From Macrostomum lignano (lineage: Eukaryota): a stretch of DNA of 64,000 nucleotides. Under the pieces are notes generated by a model. It saw only the letters and a program-made list of their open reading frames with translations. It made no database searches and was not told the DNA's origin. The stretch is from positions 525,516 to 589,515 of the forward strand of contig NIVC01000462.1 in assembly GCA_002269645.1 (NCBI GenBank). Reading direction: 5' to 3'. Below, in pieces: positions 37,576 to 52,193 of the stretch; position 1 is the first letter of the stretch, and each line of letters starts with the position of its first letter. Both the position numbers and the translations under genes were made by a program.

Positions 37576-39594
37576 GAAGGTTGACAGATTTTTTTTAGAT
37601 TTCAAGGCTTTTTGGGGGCATCGCTGAGATGTCAAGGGGGAAGTTGATTTGTTAAAGCTTGTGGGGGAATTACTGACATTTCAAGGCTTACAAGGGACTT
37701 CTGAGGTATATTGCAAAGAGATGCTACATGTAGTTTATTACAAAACTTGTACTGCATTTTTGGCTCCCTAACGCTAAGATACTAAGCTAAAAAATACTAC
37801 TAGCACTTCACAAACTTATGCAGATGTCAGGCTGTAGGGTTAGTGTTAGGGTTGGTATTAGGGTTTAGGTTTAAGGTTAGGTTCAGGGTTATTATGTTAA
37901 GATTTGGGTTAGGGTTAGGGTTAAGGTAGCTTATAACTTAGCTCATGTACCTTATTAAAAATGTTTATCATGGAAGCATCATGCAAAAATAATGGAAGCG
38001 TCATGCAAAAACAATGGAAGCGTCATGCCAAAAATCATAGAAGCATCGATCATGCAAAAACTCATGGACAAAATATTGAATTTAGGGTTTTGGTTAGGAT
38101 TAGAAGTTTGACAGGAGATTTTTTAAGATTTCAAGGCTACATGTAGCTTATTAAAAAAACATGTATTGCATTTCTTTGGCTCCCCAACGGGGGCGTAGAT
38201 TGCTAGTATAATACTAATATGCGTTTTGCAATAGCCAACCAATTTAGCACAAAACTGCTGCAGCTCAGGAGCCCTGCCAGAGCTGAGTGAGCTGTGATGA
38301 TGCCTATGCATCTTCCGGAATCACACGCCAACCTTTCATACCAGCTCTTTCCAATTGCCTTTCCCACAGAATAGTCTTCATCTTGCATCATCACGTTCCG
38401 TCTGCAGTAGTAAGCAAGCATTGACTTCGGAAGCTTTCTAAGTACTATTTGAAACTCTGAATGCGATTTTACCGAGGAATGGCTGGCAACCTAAAATACA
38501 ACTTTTGCTTCTTACCTGCTTTTTACTGCGCCCAATTTGGTGCGCTGCAAAGATTCCAGCAGAGTTCGTGTTCACTATAGACAAACTGAAATCACCATGC
38601 AGGCAATCTGGTTTTCTTGCTATCAACTTGGTTTATTTCACGAACAACGAACTCCAATCCATCAGTCACGCTGCATCTACTGTCCTATCTCTGTCCACCA
38701 GACTGACTTATCGTATACTTCTCTTCTTGAAGCTGTGAAATCCTAGAAGTCCTTGGCTTGCAGTCAAACCAAATTGATTTGTGTTGTCTATGGCTTTTTG
38801 TAGCTTGTCTGTGTAAATCTCACCACGCTGTCAGACTGATGATGGCCACACAACAAGTTAAATGAAGAAGTTCAAATCAATTTACACATACGCTTGTAGT
38901 AGACCTAAACGAATGTTCGAAAAGTGTGTCGTAAAACCAGGTGTAAATCAAAAAACTTTTTTAAATGAAAAAAATAGATTTTCAATATTATTGTGAACGT
39001 GAGAAATAACTCGAATTTAAAGAAACTTTAAATAAATTTGGACCCATGCTGTTATAGCAGCTTACTTATGAACTAGGTTACTATAAAACGTGGAATACAC
39101 TTGATTTAAAGCTTTTTAAGACTCATAGCACACATCCTGCTTCTTATTTAGCTTTTATAGCGTTTGATTCGTTTCAAAGATCCCTTGACTAACAACTGAA
39201 CTGAAATTCTGAACTGAAATTTAAATAAATGTTTTAAAACTTTATGGCAAAAGCAGGTGTAAATCAATATATACATTTTAATTTGAAATCAGCTTATCAA
39301 TTTTTATGTTACCGTGAAAAAATACTTGAACTTAAAGAAACTCCAACACTTTGAACCCTTGCTATTTTTAAAGCTTACTTATATAGAGTCATTTGCTATG
39401 AAATGAGAAGTACACGCAAAGTCTCTAGTAGCAGGACACACACTTTAAAAGTGTTGAAAACGGACACAAAAGCCTATATAATGCGTCTAAAAAGTACATG
39501 AATTTCTAAAACAGAAACCTTTTTTCAAAGCCAATCTGAAAAAAAAATAGCTTCACTTCTATCTGAACAATTAACAAGCGGTTTGTTTTATTTT

Positions 39595-40344
39595 TCACAT
39601 CAGATCAATTGGCTGCCAGGATCGCAAGTCCCCATCGATGCTGCTCAGACTGGCAGGCGGGTAGGCGAACCTCAGCAGGTGGCACAGGCGCTGCTGGCCA
39701 GAGAAAATCACAGCCTGGCAGTCAGCTGAGGCCTCGCACAGCCCCATACACTCGATGTCGGTTCGCGCAGCGCTGGTCCAGTAGGTGCTCTGGGTGGACT
39801 CCACCGTCTGGTTGGGCCTTTGCGACTGCTCGAAATATTTTTTATCTGTAAAAATGTACACAGACTTTTACCAAATTGGCCGAACTTTGGTTTTAAATGC
39901 CTAAATGGTTGTATTGCAATATTAAGGACAGACTCAAGAACAAGGTCTTGAGGTCAAGGCAAACACGGAATTGCGATAGCCGCCTCCGCATTTAGGAGCT
40001 CCGTTCCCAGCGCAGACGCTGCTGCAGTCGGTCTCGCTAGCAGCTCCCAGAGATCCGTAGGAGGTGCTGCAGTAACAATACTCACTGAGCTGGATACCAA
40101 AGTACGGGAAGCCGCCCAGAGAGCAGACGCTGCTGCAGAGCTCGTGTGTCATATTGGCATTGTGGAATGCGTGGTTGCTGGTATCCATGCTGAACTGTCC
40201 AATTCTGCTCACACCGGCGAGTCCCTTCAGATCTCTGTCTCCATTGTCCACAAAGCAGCCAATATAGGACATCTGAGTTACTCTACCGGCAGCACAGAGC
40301 ACCAGGACGGCGAGACCCACAATGCAGGCGATGGTCTTGAGCAT
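39595..40344 (-). pseudogene. G5: WSC-PAN gene with an apparently damaged splice donor and altered C-terminus; exons 40344-about 39940 and 39845-39595
   Basis: Leader and WSC domain are intact. YPG/GT is replaced by SRPCS* (TTGAGT where GTGAGT is expected). A short deletion between GACT repeats removes YFVRG* and gives ...DGDLRSWQPIDLM*. Confidence 0.72.
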
Positions 40345-41977
40345 AGCTACGAGTACTTGAGTAGCTGGGATTTACGTTCTGCTGCTGCTTATACGATTGT
40401 AATAAGCGATGAAAATCTCTCTTTGTCTGCTTTTAGACCAGTTTTCTAGAGACAATCTGGTTGGATAAAAGCCAGTGACCTAATGAGAGCGGCAATGGAA
40501 GTTCCGCTATGTCAGCCTCGGCGGTCTGGTTCCTTATGTCCGTGGCGGTCTGCAACATTGCCGCGGTCTTGACTGGGCTGGTTTTCATTCTGAAGTGATC
40601 GTTCAGACCGAGGCCCTACCTGACTGCCAGCGGGTTGAAGTAGCTCCAGGTGATTGTTGAGAAAATCTTTAATTTTTTCATCACACAGACCTCGACGTTG
40701 ACGGTCTCGCTAGAGCACCAAGTTGACGCGGCGGACGCTGGTCTGCTGCAGGATGTTTTTAAGATCAGCCACGAGGACTTACCAACGCGGTACTTTGTAT
40801 CTATGCATTACACTTTAACGATGTCATTCTGGCCTTAGGGTCTTCTTCCGGAGACTACAAGTGCTACAAGAACTTTGTAGCGCCTGACCTGGTTTGCGTT
40901 CGCCTGACGCATTCTCTTTGGAGAAGTCCGACTTTTTGAGCGATCAGCCTTCTCTTTGCTTGCTTAGCCAACTGCCGTCTGTTCATAGCAGTTGGTACGA
41001 CATTCGAGCAATTCCAGAGAGTGGCAGCCTGACCTTCTGGTTGAGGCTCGAATCCAAATGCCACCCTAAAATTGATAGGTTAAGATGCAAGCCATCATTT
41101 GTTGACGGCTATTTAGTGTCAGTTTTGCGATCACAGCCGTTAGAACAGTTCGGCTTTTTTGTCCTGAGGATCGATGAATGTACATGTACTCACTTTGACG
41201 TAGTTTCATAGTTTACTTTGGTGATTTAGCCATTATTTTCTTAGATACGAAATAACTTACCCATAAAATAAACTACTAGATTAACTTTTTAGGTGTCGCA
41301 CTCAGTCGGCAGTCTTTGTTCTTTGTTCTCGGCTGTCAGCGGGAGTTTGTCCCTAATTTATACCGTAACATAATTCTTGTGACAGTCTTTTGCCATTTCC
41401 GCTTACCTTTTTAACCGCAGTAAAAATGTTTCACGGGATTTCTTACTTAAAACTGGGCCCGATAAAGCTCCTTAGTCTAAAAATGCGGACGCCCAAAGGT
41501 TTTTTTCCGACAGGCACTTGATTCACGCTTGAGCTATATCTTATGGATGCTGGAGTTCCATAGGCACCACAGACCTGAAGGAACTGTTGGCAGGCCCAAA
41601 CTGCCCGATGCTTCCGCCCAGACTTCACACAGGAGCCAACTCATCAACAGAACGTTGAGTTATCCGGCGGATACGACACATAATTTGCCTAGATTCCAAA
41701 AAGACGACTACTAGCCATGCAAAGGGTCTTAAATATGAGTGTAAATTGAAAAAGAACACTGCCTAAACTTTGCTCTGGTACTTAACTCATTTTTTATTAT
41801 CCGCATCGTTTAATAGCAGAGAAATGTATTGACTATTGACTGACAGCGACCATTTTACTACTGTGACTGGTAAGTAGTAAGTGTAAATTAGTTTTAGACT
41901 TCGTTTTAGCAGCTTCATTGTCCAAAGTTCATCCAAAATTGTCCAAAGTTCTAGCTCAGGACTCTAACACGAAGCCA

Positions 41978-43151
41978 TCAAGCGCGGGGGAAGAACTCTC
42001 CAGTCACGTTCGCCTGAGACGGCGGCACTCCAGCAAACGGCAGCAGGTAGCACAGGCGCTGATGCTGCGAGAGCAACACAGCCTGGCAGTCGCTGGCTGA
42101 AGTGCACTCATTCAGACAGGTGACCAGCTGCACAGATTGGATTCTGCGGTAAGCTGGTCGGGGGAAAGAATCTCCTACACTGAAGCTGGCGCGATCCACA
42201 GCGATGTTGAAACTGTTCGTTGCTGAAAAGTGGCAGTTACCATGACTTTTGTGTACGGCAGTAGTGCTTGTTGATAAACGACATACTGCACTATATATGC
42301 ATCTAATATAAATATACTTTTATTTACATTATAGACAAGTACTTAATTTAATTGAAAACTGAGAATTTGGTGCTGAGAATACAAAATGTATACACTTTCT
42401 GTAGCATGAGGGTTGGTCCTTAAATGAGTTTGAATCGCACCACAAACTCAGTTAGCTCCAAGTGAATGTTCGCCGCGCCACGGATTCGAACCAGGGATCC
42501 TGGCGCTAGAGTTTGACGCGTTTACCGGTTAGCAGGTTAGGTTTGAAATCAGGTTAGCGAAAATACAAGCGAGAGACAAGAAATCTCCTAATTTTGTTTC
42601 TTTGCAAGTCTCTAGTTGCAAAATTCTATCGTTAAAATCAGCAAACTTGCCAGAAGAGATCGCGCAAAGCAAATTTATCCTTAGCGATTTTCGGATCACT
42701 TCGTTCCGACTGTGAAAAGTTTTGTCTGCCAATTTACTCAAAATGCAAAGAAATTTGAATAAAATCACTCACACAAATACGTCTGAGAGTACACGGAGTT
42801 TCGATCTGGTCCGCCGCAGATCTCGCAGTTCTCGTAGCATTGGTCTGTGCTGGCCGCTCCTTGCGAGCCGTACGACAGCCCGCAGTAGCACTCCTTGCCT
42901 AACTGCACGCCGAAGTACGGGAAGCCGCCCAGAGAGCAGATGCGGCTGCACAGTTCCAGCGTCATGGACGTGTTGGAGACGCGGCCGGTGGAGTGCACGG
43001 AAAACTCGGCCAGGCTCTGCACTCCCCGCAGTCCGTGAAGGTCCCTGGAACCGTCTCTCGCGTCTACGTAGCATCCGAGATATTCAAATCGGGCGAGTCT
43101 CCCAGCAGTGCTCAGAAGCAAGAGGCCCAGGGACAGTGCCACGAAAATCAA
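41978..43151 (-). CDS. G6: divergent intact WSC-PAN gene; exons 43151-42773 and 42222-41978
   Basis: MIFVALSLGLLLLSTAG leader and WSC Cys pattern with a shortened last loop. Donor T/GTGAGT, acceptor TTTCAG. Exon 2 contains CLNECTSASDCQAVLLSQHQRLCYLL and ends FFPRA*. Confidence 0.85.
42440..42535 (-). mobile_element. tRNA-derived SINE in the G6 intron
   Basis: The minus strand has a B-box GGTTCGAATCC with an A-box-like segment upstream. No full cloverleaf or CCA seen. Confidence 0.55.
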
Positions 43152-45108
43152 TTGCGAGTTTGCGAGTGGCCTTCATGGTCCACAGCGACAAGCAGCAGTA
43201 CTGCGTTTTGTCCTGTTTCTCTGGAGAAGCTTCTGTCAAATCAGCTCGGGAGTGAAGCGAATTTATCCCCAACTGCCGAATGAGTGAAGAGACCACGGTC
43301 AACAACTCAAACCTACTGGCTGACGAGTTCGTTAATCCAAATGGATGGTAAAAAAGTCACTTATGAAAAACAGAAGGAGACAATTCTGATAGAATTAATT
43401 TGCATATCTACTAATAAAGGACTGATTATAATATTTGCTGCATGTTTTTAGTTAAGTAACCTAAAAGCCGGAGGTTTGCATTCCAATCGATTAGCTCGCA
43501 TGGCGGCCTCTCAGACGCGTCAATATCTTTCCCAAGCTCCAGATGCTTGTATTCTACTCTAGTAGCTCGAATGACTGCCTCTCAGGTGCGTTAATGTATT
43601 TCTCAAGCTCCAGAACCTTGATGCCAATTAAAATGGAGTGTGGTATTCATCGCATTTAGCTGACTTGCAGAACTTTTTGTGTAATTCTAAAGCAGCTTAT
43701 AATGAAAGCTCGCTCTGGAAGAGTGACTATCGAAATGAAGCCAACGCTTCAAAGTCCAGAACTTTTTATCCTTAGTGGACTCTTGAGTATAGCAAATTAT
43801 AGGCTGAGCCCACTTGAGTGTGAGAAGTCGTTTCGACAGAGTTGCATTCGAAGCACCTTTTATCGAGGGAGCACTTTAATCATCTTTCAACATTTTGGAT
43901 TTCGGTTGAAGTTCGGTTGCGAGCATATAGCGCACACTGATAACAATACGAGCGTAATGTAGCAAATTGTACACATCATGCGACGGCCATGGACACAGGC
44001 ACAGCACGTGACAAGACTATAGAGAGCAACTTCATTCTAATTGAAACTAAGAGAAACACACTGGAAAATCACGTGATTTGATATTTCAGTTTTTTTGGGT
44101 CCTGTTGTCTTATGCTTGTCTTACGCTCTCGTTATCCTATTCTCTTGATCGCTTGAAGAAATCTTGTTTTCTTTATCTATATTGTTCGCTAGCTCCCTCA
44201 AGTAGGTCCGACTTTGACTTGTGATAGCAGTATTGCTTCCATATTTTCAATCCAAAGCCTATTAAATAGAAAAAAGATGCACCTCCCGAGTTTTTAGTCT
44301 CTACTGTATACGCTTATAATTGGTAATTTGGCCCATAGAAACGCAATCTGAAATCAAACTTTAGGCCATAGACAGCAAATCTGAGAGCTAAGAGTATAAA
44401 CATTGATATAACCGCAATGTGACACAGTCCAGTGTCCTTCAGGCCATAGACAGCAAATCTGAGAGCTAAGAGTATAAACATGATATGCGACGCAGTCCAG
44501 TGTCGATGGGAATCACAGTTTTTAATTTATTGGAAAATTTCATGGCCAGTCCAGAAAATCAACCAGTTAAAAAACGTGAATAAAAAAGTTAAAACGCCGT
44601 CAATTCCGAATCAGCAACTTGCAGCCAGAAATTAATCATGGAAACAGGGAGTCAGAGTAAAGTCAAAGTTTATTCGAATTTCAAGAGACTCATATTCTGC
44701 CTCTTCACAGCACTTTTGACCGATTTGACAGCTTAACATATGGAGGCTGAAAATTTCCAAGTTTGGAAAGCAAACTTGCTGATTCCACGTTGAATTGAAA
44801 TTGCCAGAAACTACGACGTAAGTCTAATAAATTTGCTGTTTGAGATTGGGGTTAGTTTAATATGGTACGATATGGCATAGGTCCCCTTTCTGTCTGAGGA
44901 ACAGTAGAATCTGCATCAAGGACCATAGTAGTAGAACATTCAGCTTCATCTGAATAGATAGGTCCAGAAATCATCTTAACACACCTGAGAGATTTTAATA
45001 AATTGATTGAAGCCTTTAAATTATTTTGGGCGCAATTGTAACCTTGTTTTAGCATTAGTTTCAGCCTGAATTCGGCTCCAATTTCGAATCAATGTCTTTT
45101 CCAGAGAC

Positions 45109-46438
<1,330 letters not shown>

Positions 46439-47077
46439 TGCTCCGCAAATAACTTTTTCGAACTCAACTTCTACGAATGCAACGGAATAGCTCGTATTAA
46501 GAAACTTTCTTCCTATCTTTTCTCGTGAGAAGTTATGCTCTCTAATTGTGTATGGCGCAAGGCTCAGTTTTACCTAAACAGCCTCTTTGAGGGCTTCTTC
46601 CTCAAACAGGAAAATAGTAAAAAACCTTGGCTTTTGTCAATATTCTTTACACCACATTGGAGCAGCTGCGAGTCTCCTGAACTCTCACAAGGCATTGTTT
46701 GAGTTTTCAGGTGTTTGCAGGTGTTAGGATTAAAAAAAATCGTTTTTATACATTGCGACAGTCAAAAGCTAGTTATACTCTCACGCCCATGCTGACTCCG
46801 GAATTGTTAGCTGAACGCTGCATCTAAGTTTTCATGCCGATTAAGATAGTTTTTGACAATTTCCCTGGAAATTTTTGAGACAAAAATATGCTAGTGGGAA
46901 GTCTGAGTCATTTGACCATGCAGCTGACTTTTCTGAGACCCCTTGTAGGCCTTACTTAAGAGATGTAAAATCACATCGGGCTACTCATGAAAAGGTTATC
47001 TGTAAAATGGACAGTTCTTTTCTTTACTTAAATTTCGTGTCTATCTCTAACAACCCACGTGTGAAGCAGTGGAAATT

Positions 47078-47185
47078 TGTCTATGGGCATTTGTCAATGG
47101 GCATTTGTCTATGGGCATTTGTCTATGGGCATTTGTCTATGGGCATTTGTCTATGGGCATTTGTCTATGGGCATTTGTCTATGGG
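47078..47185. repeat. 14-bp minisatellite (TTTGTCTATGGGCA), about 8 copies
   Basis: Read directly from the sequence. Confidence 0.93.
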
Positions 47186-47487
47186 AGATTTTTCCCTGGA
47201 GGTAACGATGCCTGGCAAGCAGCCATGACCTGAGACCACCCTGATGTCACCGTCCTGATGTCCCTGCGGCTGAGTCCAAGCAGAGCCCAGCGCAGGGGAG
47301 GAATTAGGGACAGGGGACAGCCGCGCGGGATTGCCTGCAGTCGGAGGCATTAGCCCACCTCTCCCTGTGCTTTGAAGCCATCCACTGGCTGATCCGAGTC
47401 CACCGCCCACTGGTTATTTAACAAATTCTCAAATTCCTTCAAAATTTTAGGCTTAGATACTCCAAAGTTTAATGCTTGACAGCGAGC

Positions 47488-48170
47488 TCAGCCGCGCACA
47501 AAGTAGTCTCCATCGATGCTGCTCAGACTGGCAGGCGGGTAGGCGAACCTCAGCAGGTGGCACAGGCGCTGCTGGCCAGAGAAAATCACAGCCTGGCAGG
47601 CAGCTGAGGCCTCGCACAGCATCAAAAACTCGGCCTTGATTTTGGCAGCGCTGGTCCAGTAGGTGCTCTGGGTGGACTCCACCGTCTGGTTGGTCCTTGG
47701 CGTCTGCTCAAAATACTTTTTATCTACAAAAATTCAATTCTGGCTTTTACCGAATGCACCAAATTTAGTTTGAATAGTCTAACAAAAATGTTTTAGAAGA
47801 GACCTGACTCAAAAGCTCACCTGAATAGGCCAAAGCGAACACGGAGTAGCGCCACGGGCCTCCGCATTTAGAAGCTCCGCTCCCAGCGCAGACGCTGTTG
47901 CAGTCGGTCTCGCTAGCAGCTCCAAGAGACCCATAGGAGTTTCCGCAGAAACAAAACTGACTGACCTGCTCACCGATGTACGGGAAACCGCCCAGTGAGC
48001 AGAAGCTGCTGCAGAGCTCGTGCGTCATATTGACACTGCTCAGTGCGTTTTCGAGAGTATCGATGCTGAACTGTCCAATTCTGCTCACACCAATGAGTCC
48101 TTTCAGATCTGTAGCTGCATTGTCCATAAAGCAGCCAATATAGGACATCTGAGTTACTCTGCCGGCAGCA
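47488..48170 (-). pseudogene. G8: duplicate of G2, lacking the signal peptide; exons about 48170-47821 and 47723-47488
   Basis: Near-identical to G2, including the foreign upstream segment. Confidence 0.7.
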
Positions 48171-48737
48171 ATTTACCTCCATGCCGCCTGGCCTGATCCG
48201 TCCAAGTAGCCTCTTGCACCATCGTTGACAGACCACATCATCCGAGTCGTACTGTCCGTAGCCGTTGTAGGAGGTGCTGCGGTGCTGCAGTGCCCGGGGG
48301 TTTCCTTGTCAAGTTTTTTCTAGGCATCCATCAACTCTTACCTCCCTTACCTTTGGTTTTTGCCACGGGCTATTTCTGTACACTCTAACTTTATTATAAC
48401 ATTGTTCACTCTTAAAATACACGAAATTTAGGAGCTAAGCGCAATTTAAAGATGGCATGCAACTGTAAATCAACTGACCTGTACTTTAGGGTTGGGGTCA
48501 GGGATAACTGACCCCGTATGGTTTTATGTGGGTTGTCAATCTAGTCTACTCACCGATGGTCTCGATAACTTTATGAAATTATTTTAATAATGTATTTTTA
48601 ATGCTAGATAGGTTACTATGAGCAGTACCCTGAGCACATTACGAAATATCTGATTACGCAAAAATCTTTCCTAAAAAACGACTATAAAAGCCCTAGGAGG
48701 AAACACTTCCTAGCAGCTCCCTTCCGCCAAGCCCAAA

Positions 48738-49470
48738 ATGCTCAAGACGATTTCATTTTTTACAAACTTTGCTGTTCTGGTTGTTAGCATTTCTGGTAGG
48801 GCAACTCAAGTGTCCTACATTGGCTGCTATGTGGACAATGAGACCAGAGATCTGAGAGGACTCACTGGAGTGAGCAGAATCGGACAGTTCAGCATCGAAA
48901 GCTTCACGCTGAGCAGCCTTAATATGACACACGAGCTCTGCAGCAGCGTCTGCTCTCTGGGCGGCTTCCCGTACTTCAGTGTGCAGGCCAATTATCATTG
49001 TTTCTGCGGCAGCTCCTACGGGTCTCTCGGAACTGCAAACGAGACCGACTGCAACGGCGTCTGCGGTGGAAACGGAGCTCAAATGTGCGGAGCCTCGTGG
49101 CGAAACTCAGTCTTCGCCCTAACCTACCCGGGTGAGTGAGCTCAGTGTGAGCAGTTCTGATTTTACCTCTATGTTTTAAGCGTCTTTAAGTAGAATTTAT
49201 GATCAACTCTAACAGAAATTTTCTACACTTTCAGGCAAAAAGTATTTTGAGCAGACGCAGATGCCAAACCAGACGGTGGAGTCCACCCAGAGCACCTACT
49301 GGACCAGCGCTGCCAAAATCAAGGCCGAGTGCTTGATGATGTGCGAGGCCTCAGCTGACTGCCAGGCTGTGATTTTTTCTGGCCAGCAGCGCCTGTGCCA
49401 CCTGCTGAGGTTCGCCTACCCGCCTGCCAGTCTGAGCAGCACCGATGGAGAATACTTCGTGCGAGGCTGA
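48738..49470 (+). CDS. G9: intact WSC-PAN gene, duplicate of G3; exons 48738-49131 and 49235-49470
   Basis: 394-nt exon 1 as in G3, canonical splice sites, ends YFVRG*. Confidence 0.9.
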
Positions 49471-50057
49471 GCTCACAGTCAAGCATTCAGCGTTGGAATA
49501 ACCCAGCCTAGCTTCTATACGATACGCTCGTACAGAACATTTGGAACGGATTTAAAAATTTTAGTTTTAGACGCAGCCATATGTAAAAGACTTAATAGGG
49601 AGTTTTCAGAAAAAAATGTAATAATTAACTTGCTAACTTGCTAACTCCAGATTCGGTGTTAAGCGACGCGAAAGAATTAAGGAGGAAATACACTGTGCAT
49701 GACATGCTTGAAGCAGCTACCGCAAGCAATAGGCTCGTACTCTTGAAAATCTGCATCTTTTTACTGCCTTAGATAGAATAGTTAAACAAAGGCATCCTGG
49801 AATCCTTTGGGCATCCTTACCCACCTCCTAACTAGCTGGCTGAGTCTTCTCCTAAAAGCTATTGTGCTTGCCTACCTTTGGAAAGTTAGAAGTAATTAAT
49901 TATTAATCTGTGAGTTTCTTGACAACGCGGAGCTGCAAAGCTATTCGGGGGCCTTACTGTTGATTAGCAACTGAGTGGGGAGAGTTGGGAAGAGAGAGTT
50001 TTCCAGCTTTCTTTTGCTAATTATTGGACACCTGACGTACTCCTTGTTTTTTTGAAG

Positions 50058-50700
<643 letters not shown>

Positions 50701-51049
50701 TAGTTTATGCTAAACTGAATGCTTTCTTTATAACAGTACACGCTATTCCCCACAAACTGCAGTATGGTATTTCTTCACAAAAACTCTTTTCTAGCTACTA
50801 CTCAGTAGACGGTCTCTCATATTCTTAACATTTCTTCTTAGACAAAAGAGCAGCAGACGTGTAGGATTCATAGTACACAGGCCAAGCGTTTCCAAAAGTG
50901 TCTCAAGGTTAACAGAACGTTGATGAAAGGATTTTCCATCTTAGACAATTAGTATTCCCGGCCCAAGAGAAAACCAAGGCAGTACACTGCTATGAGCTAC
51001 ATGTATAGTTACAAAGGTTTTTCAAACTGAGACTTAAACTCTTATGTAG

Positions 51050-51250
51050 TTACTGAGTAGATCGAGGCACATACCTATCACAACCCCAAGGTAAAAGAAA
51101 CCAAGTCTTCAACCAGGTTCGCAGAGGAGTAGTTATCTCGGACGAAGATGGCTGGGTATCTCGGACAAAGGCGCGAAGGTCATGGATGTTGTCCGGGTCG
51201 GTCAGCTCGTCTATCCACTGGGGGTGGCCGAGGTATTTGTGCACCGCCTT
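51050..51250 (-). mobile_element. Shorter copy of the LINE 3' fragment at 25920-26256
   Basis: [22 protein letters not shown] vs [22 protein letters not shown]. Confidence 0.7.
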
Positions 51251-51440
51251 TAAAAAGAAAACCTGTGCTTCCTGGACCTTGGAGGGCTGTACTCTGAGCT
51301 CGGAGTGAAAGACGGCTCTGATTGGTCTAAGAGCGAAGCGCCATCTCGCAAATTTCGCACTTAAAAGTCTGCTCGCTCTTGTCTGACTGGAGATTCAGAA
51401 CTGCCGAATTCGTGTTCCAAGTTCCTTTTCGAGCAGAGAA

Positions 51441-52193
51441 ATGTTCCGCCCAGAAGCGGCTGTGTCCGTTCTGTTCTGCGCTGCCCTCCTGCTGACTTGC
51501 GCCACCTGCAGACTTGTCCACTTCTCCTACCTGGGCTGCTACAAAGACCATTCGTCCGCCAGAGACCTAAACGGGCTCAGTGCAGTCAGCAAGATCGGTG
51601 GGTTCATTGTCCATCACCCTTCTGGTGGTGTCTTTTCGAGCATGATGTCGCACGAGTTGTGCAGCAGCATCTGCTCGATCGGCAGCTTCCCGTACTTCGG
51701 GGTGCAGTACGGGGCTGAGTGCTACTGCGGCAACTCGTACGGATCCCATGGCCTGGTGAGCGACGCCAACTGCAGTATGGATTGTCCCGGTAACGCGATG
51801 CAGAAATGTGGCGACTCCAACAGAAACTCCGTGTTCGCCCTGAGCTACTCAGGTACTATTATGGTTTCTACTAAAAGCTCAGTATACCATCGCCAGAATG
51901 ACATCATGCTAAGACGATAATTTAAGAGGCTTCATTTTCGTTTAATTTCAGTTTCGGACAACAACACCTACACTGTGGTGAAGCAGTCCAGCCCTCCCGT
52001 GACATCCGGTACCACCTCCGTCTGGCCTGTCGCTGCCCAGTCCGTCAAGGACTGCCTGCTGTGGTGCAGCGCCAGAGCCGACTGCCGGGCCGCCGTTTTT
52101 TCCCGACAGGAGCTCGCCTGCCACCTGCTGGAGTTCGTGTACCCGCCAGGCCACCTGAGCGGGCCCGAGTGGACTCTGTTCGTGTGTGGCTGA
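51441..52193 (+). CDS. G10: intact WSC-PAN gene, paralog of G4; exons 51441-51852 and 51952-52193
   Basis: MFRPEAAVSVLFCAALLLTCATC leader and a WSC domain. Donor G/GTACT, acceptor TTTCAG. Ends LFVCG*. Confidence 0.88.

Larger units (their letters stand above)
31870..38206 (+). mobile_element. H1: non-autonomous Helitron-like element carrying a satellite array
   Basis: 5' TCGTATATCCTAAAAATG followed by GTTT repeats. 3' hairpin CCCCAACGGGG, then ATTGCTAG followed by T. No TSD. Collinear with 57221-61582 in reverse. Confidence 0.8.
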
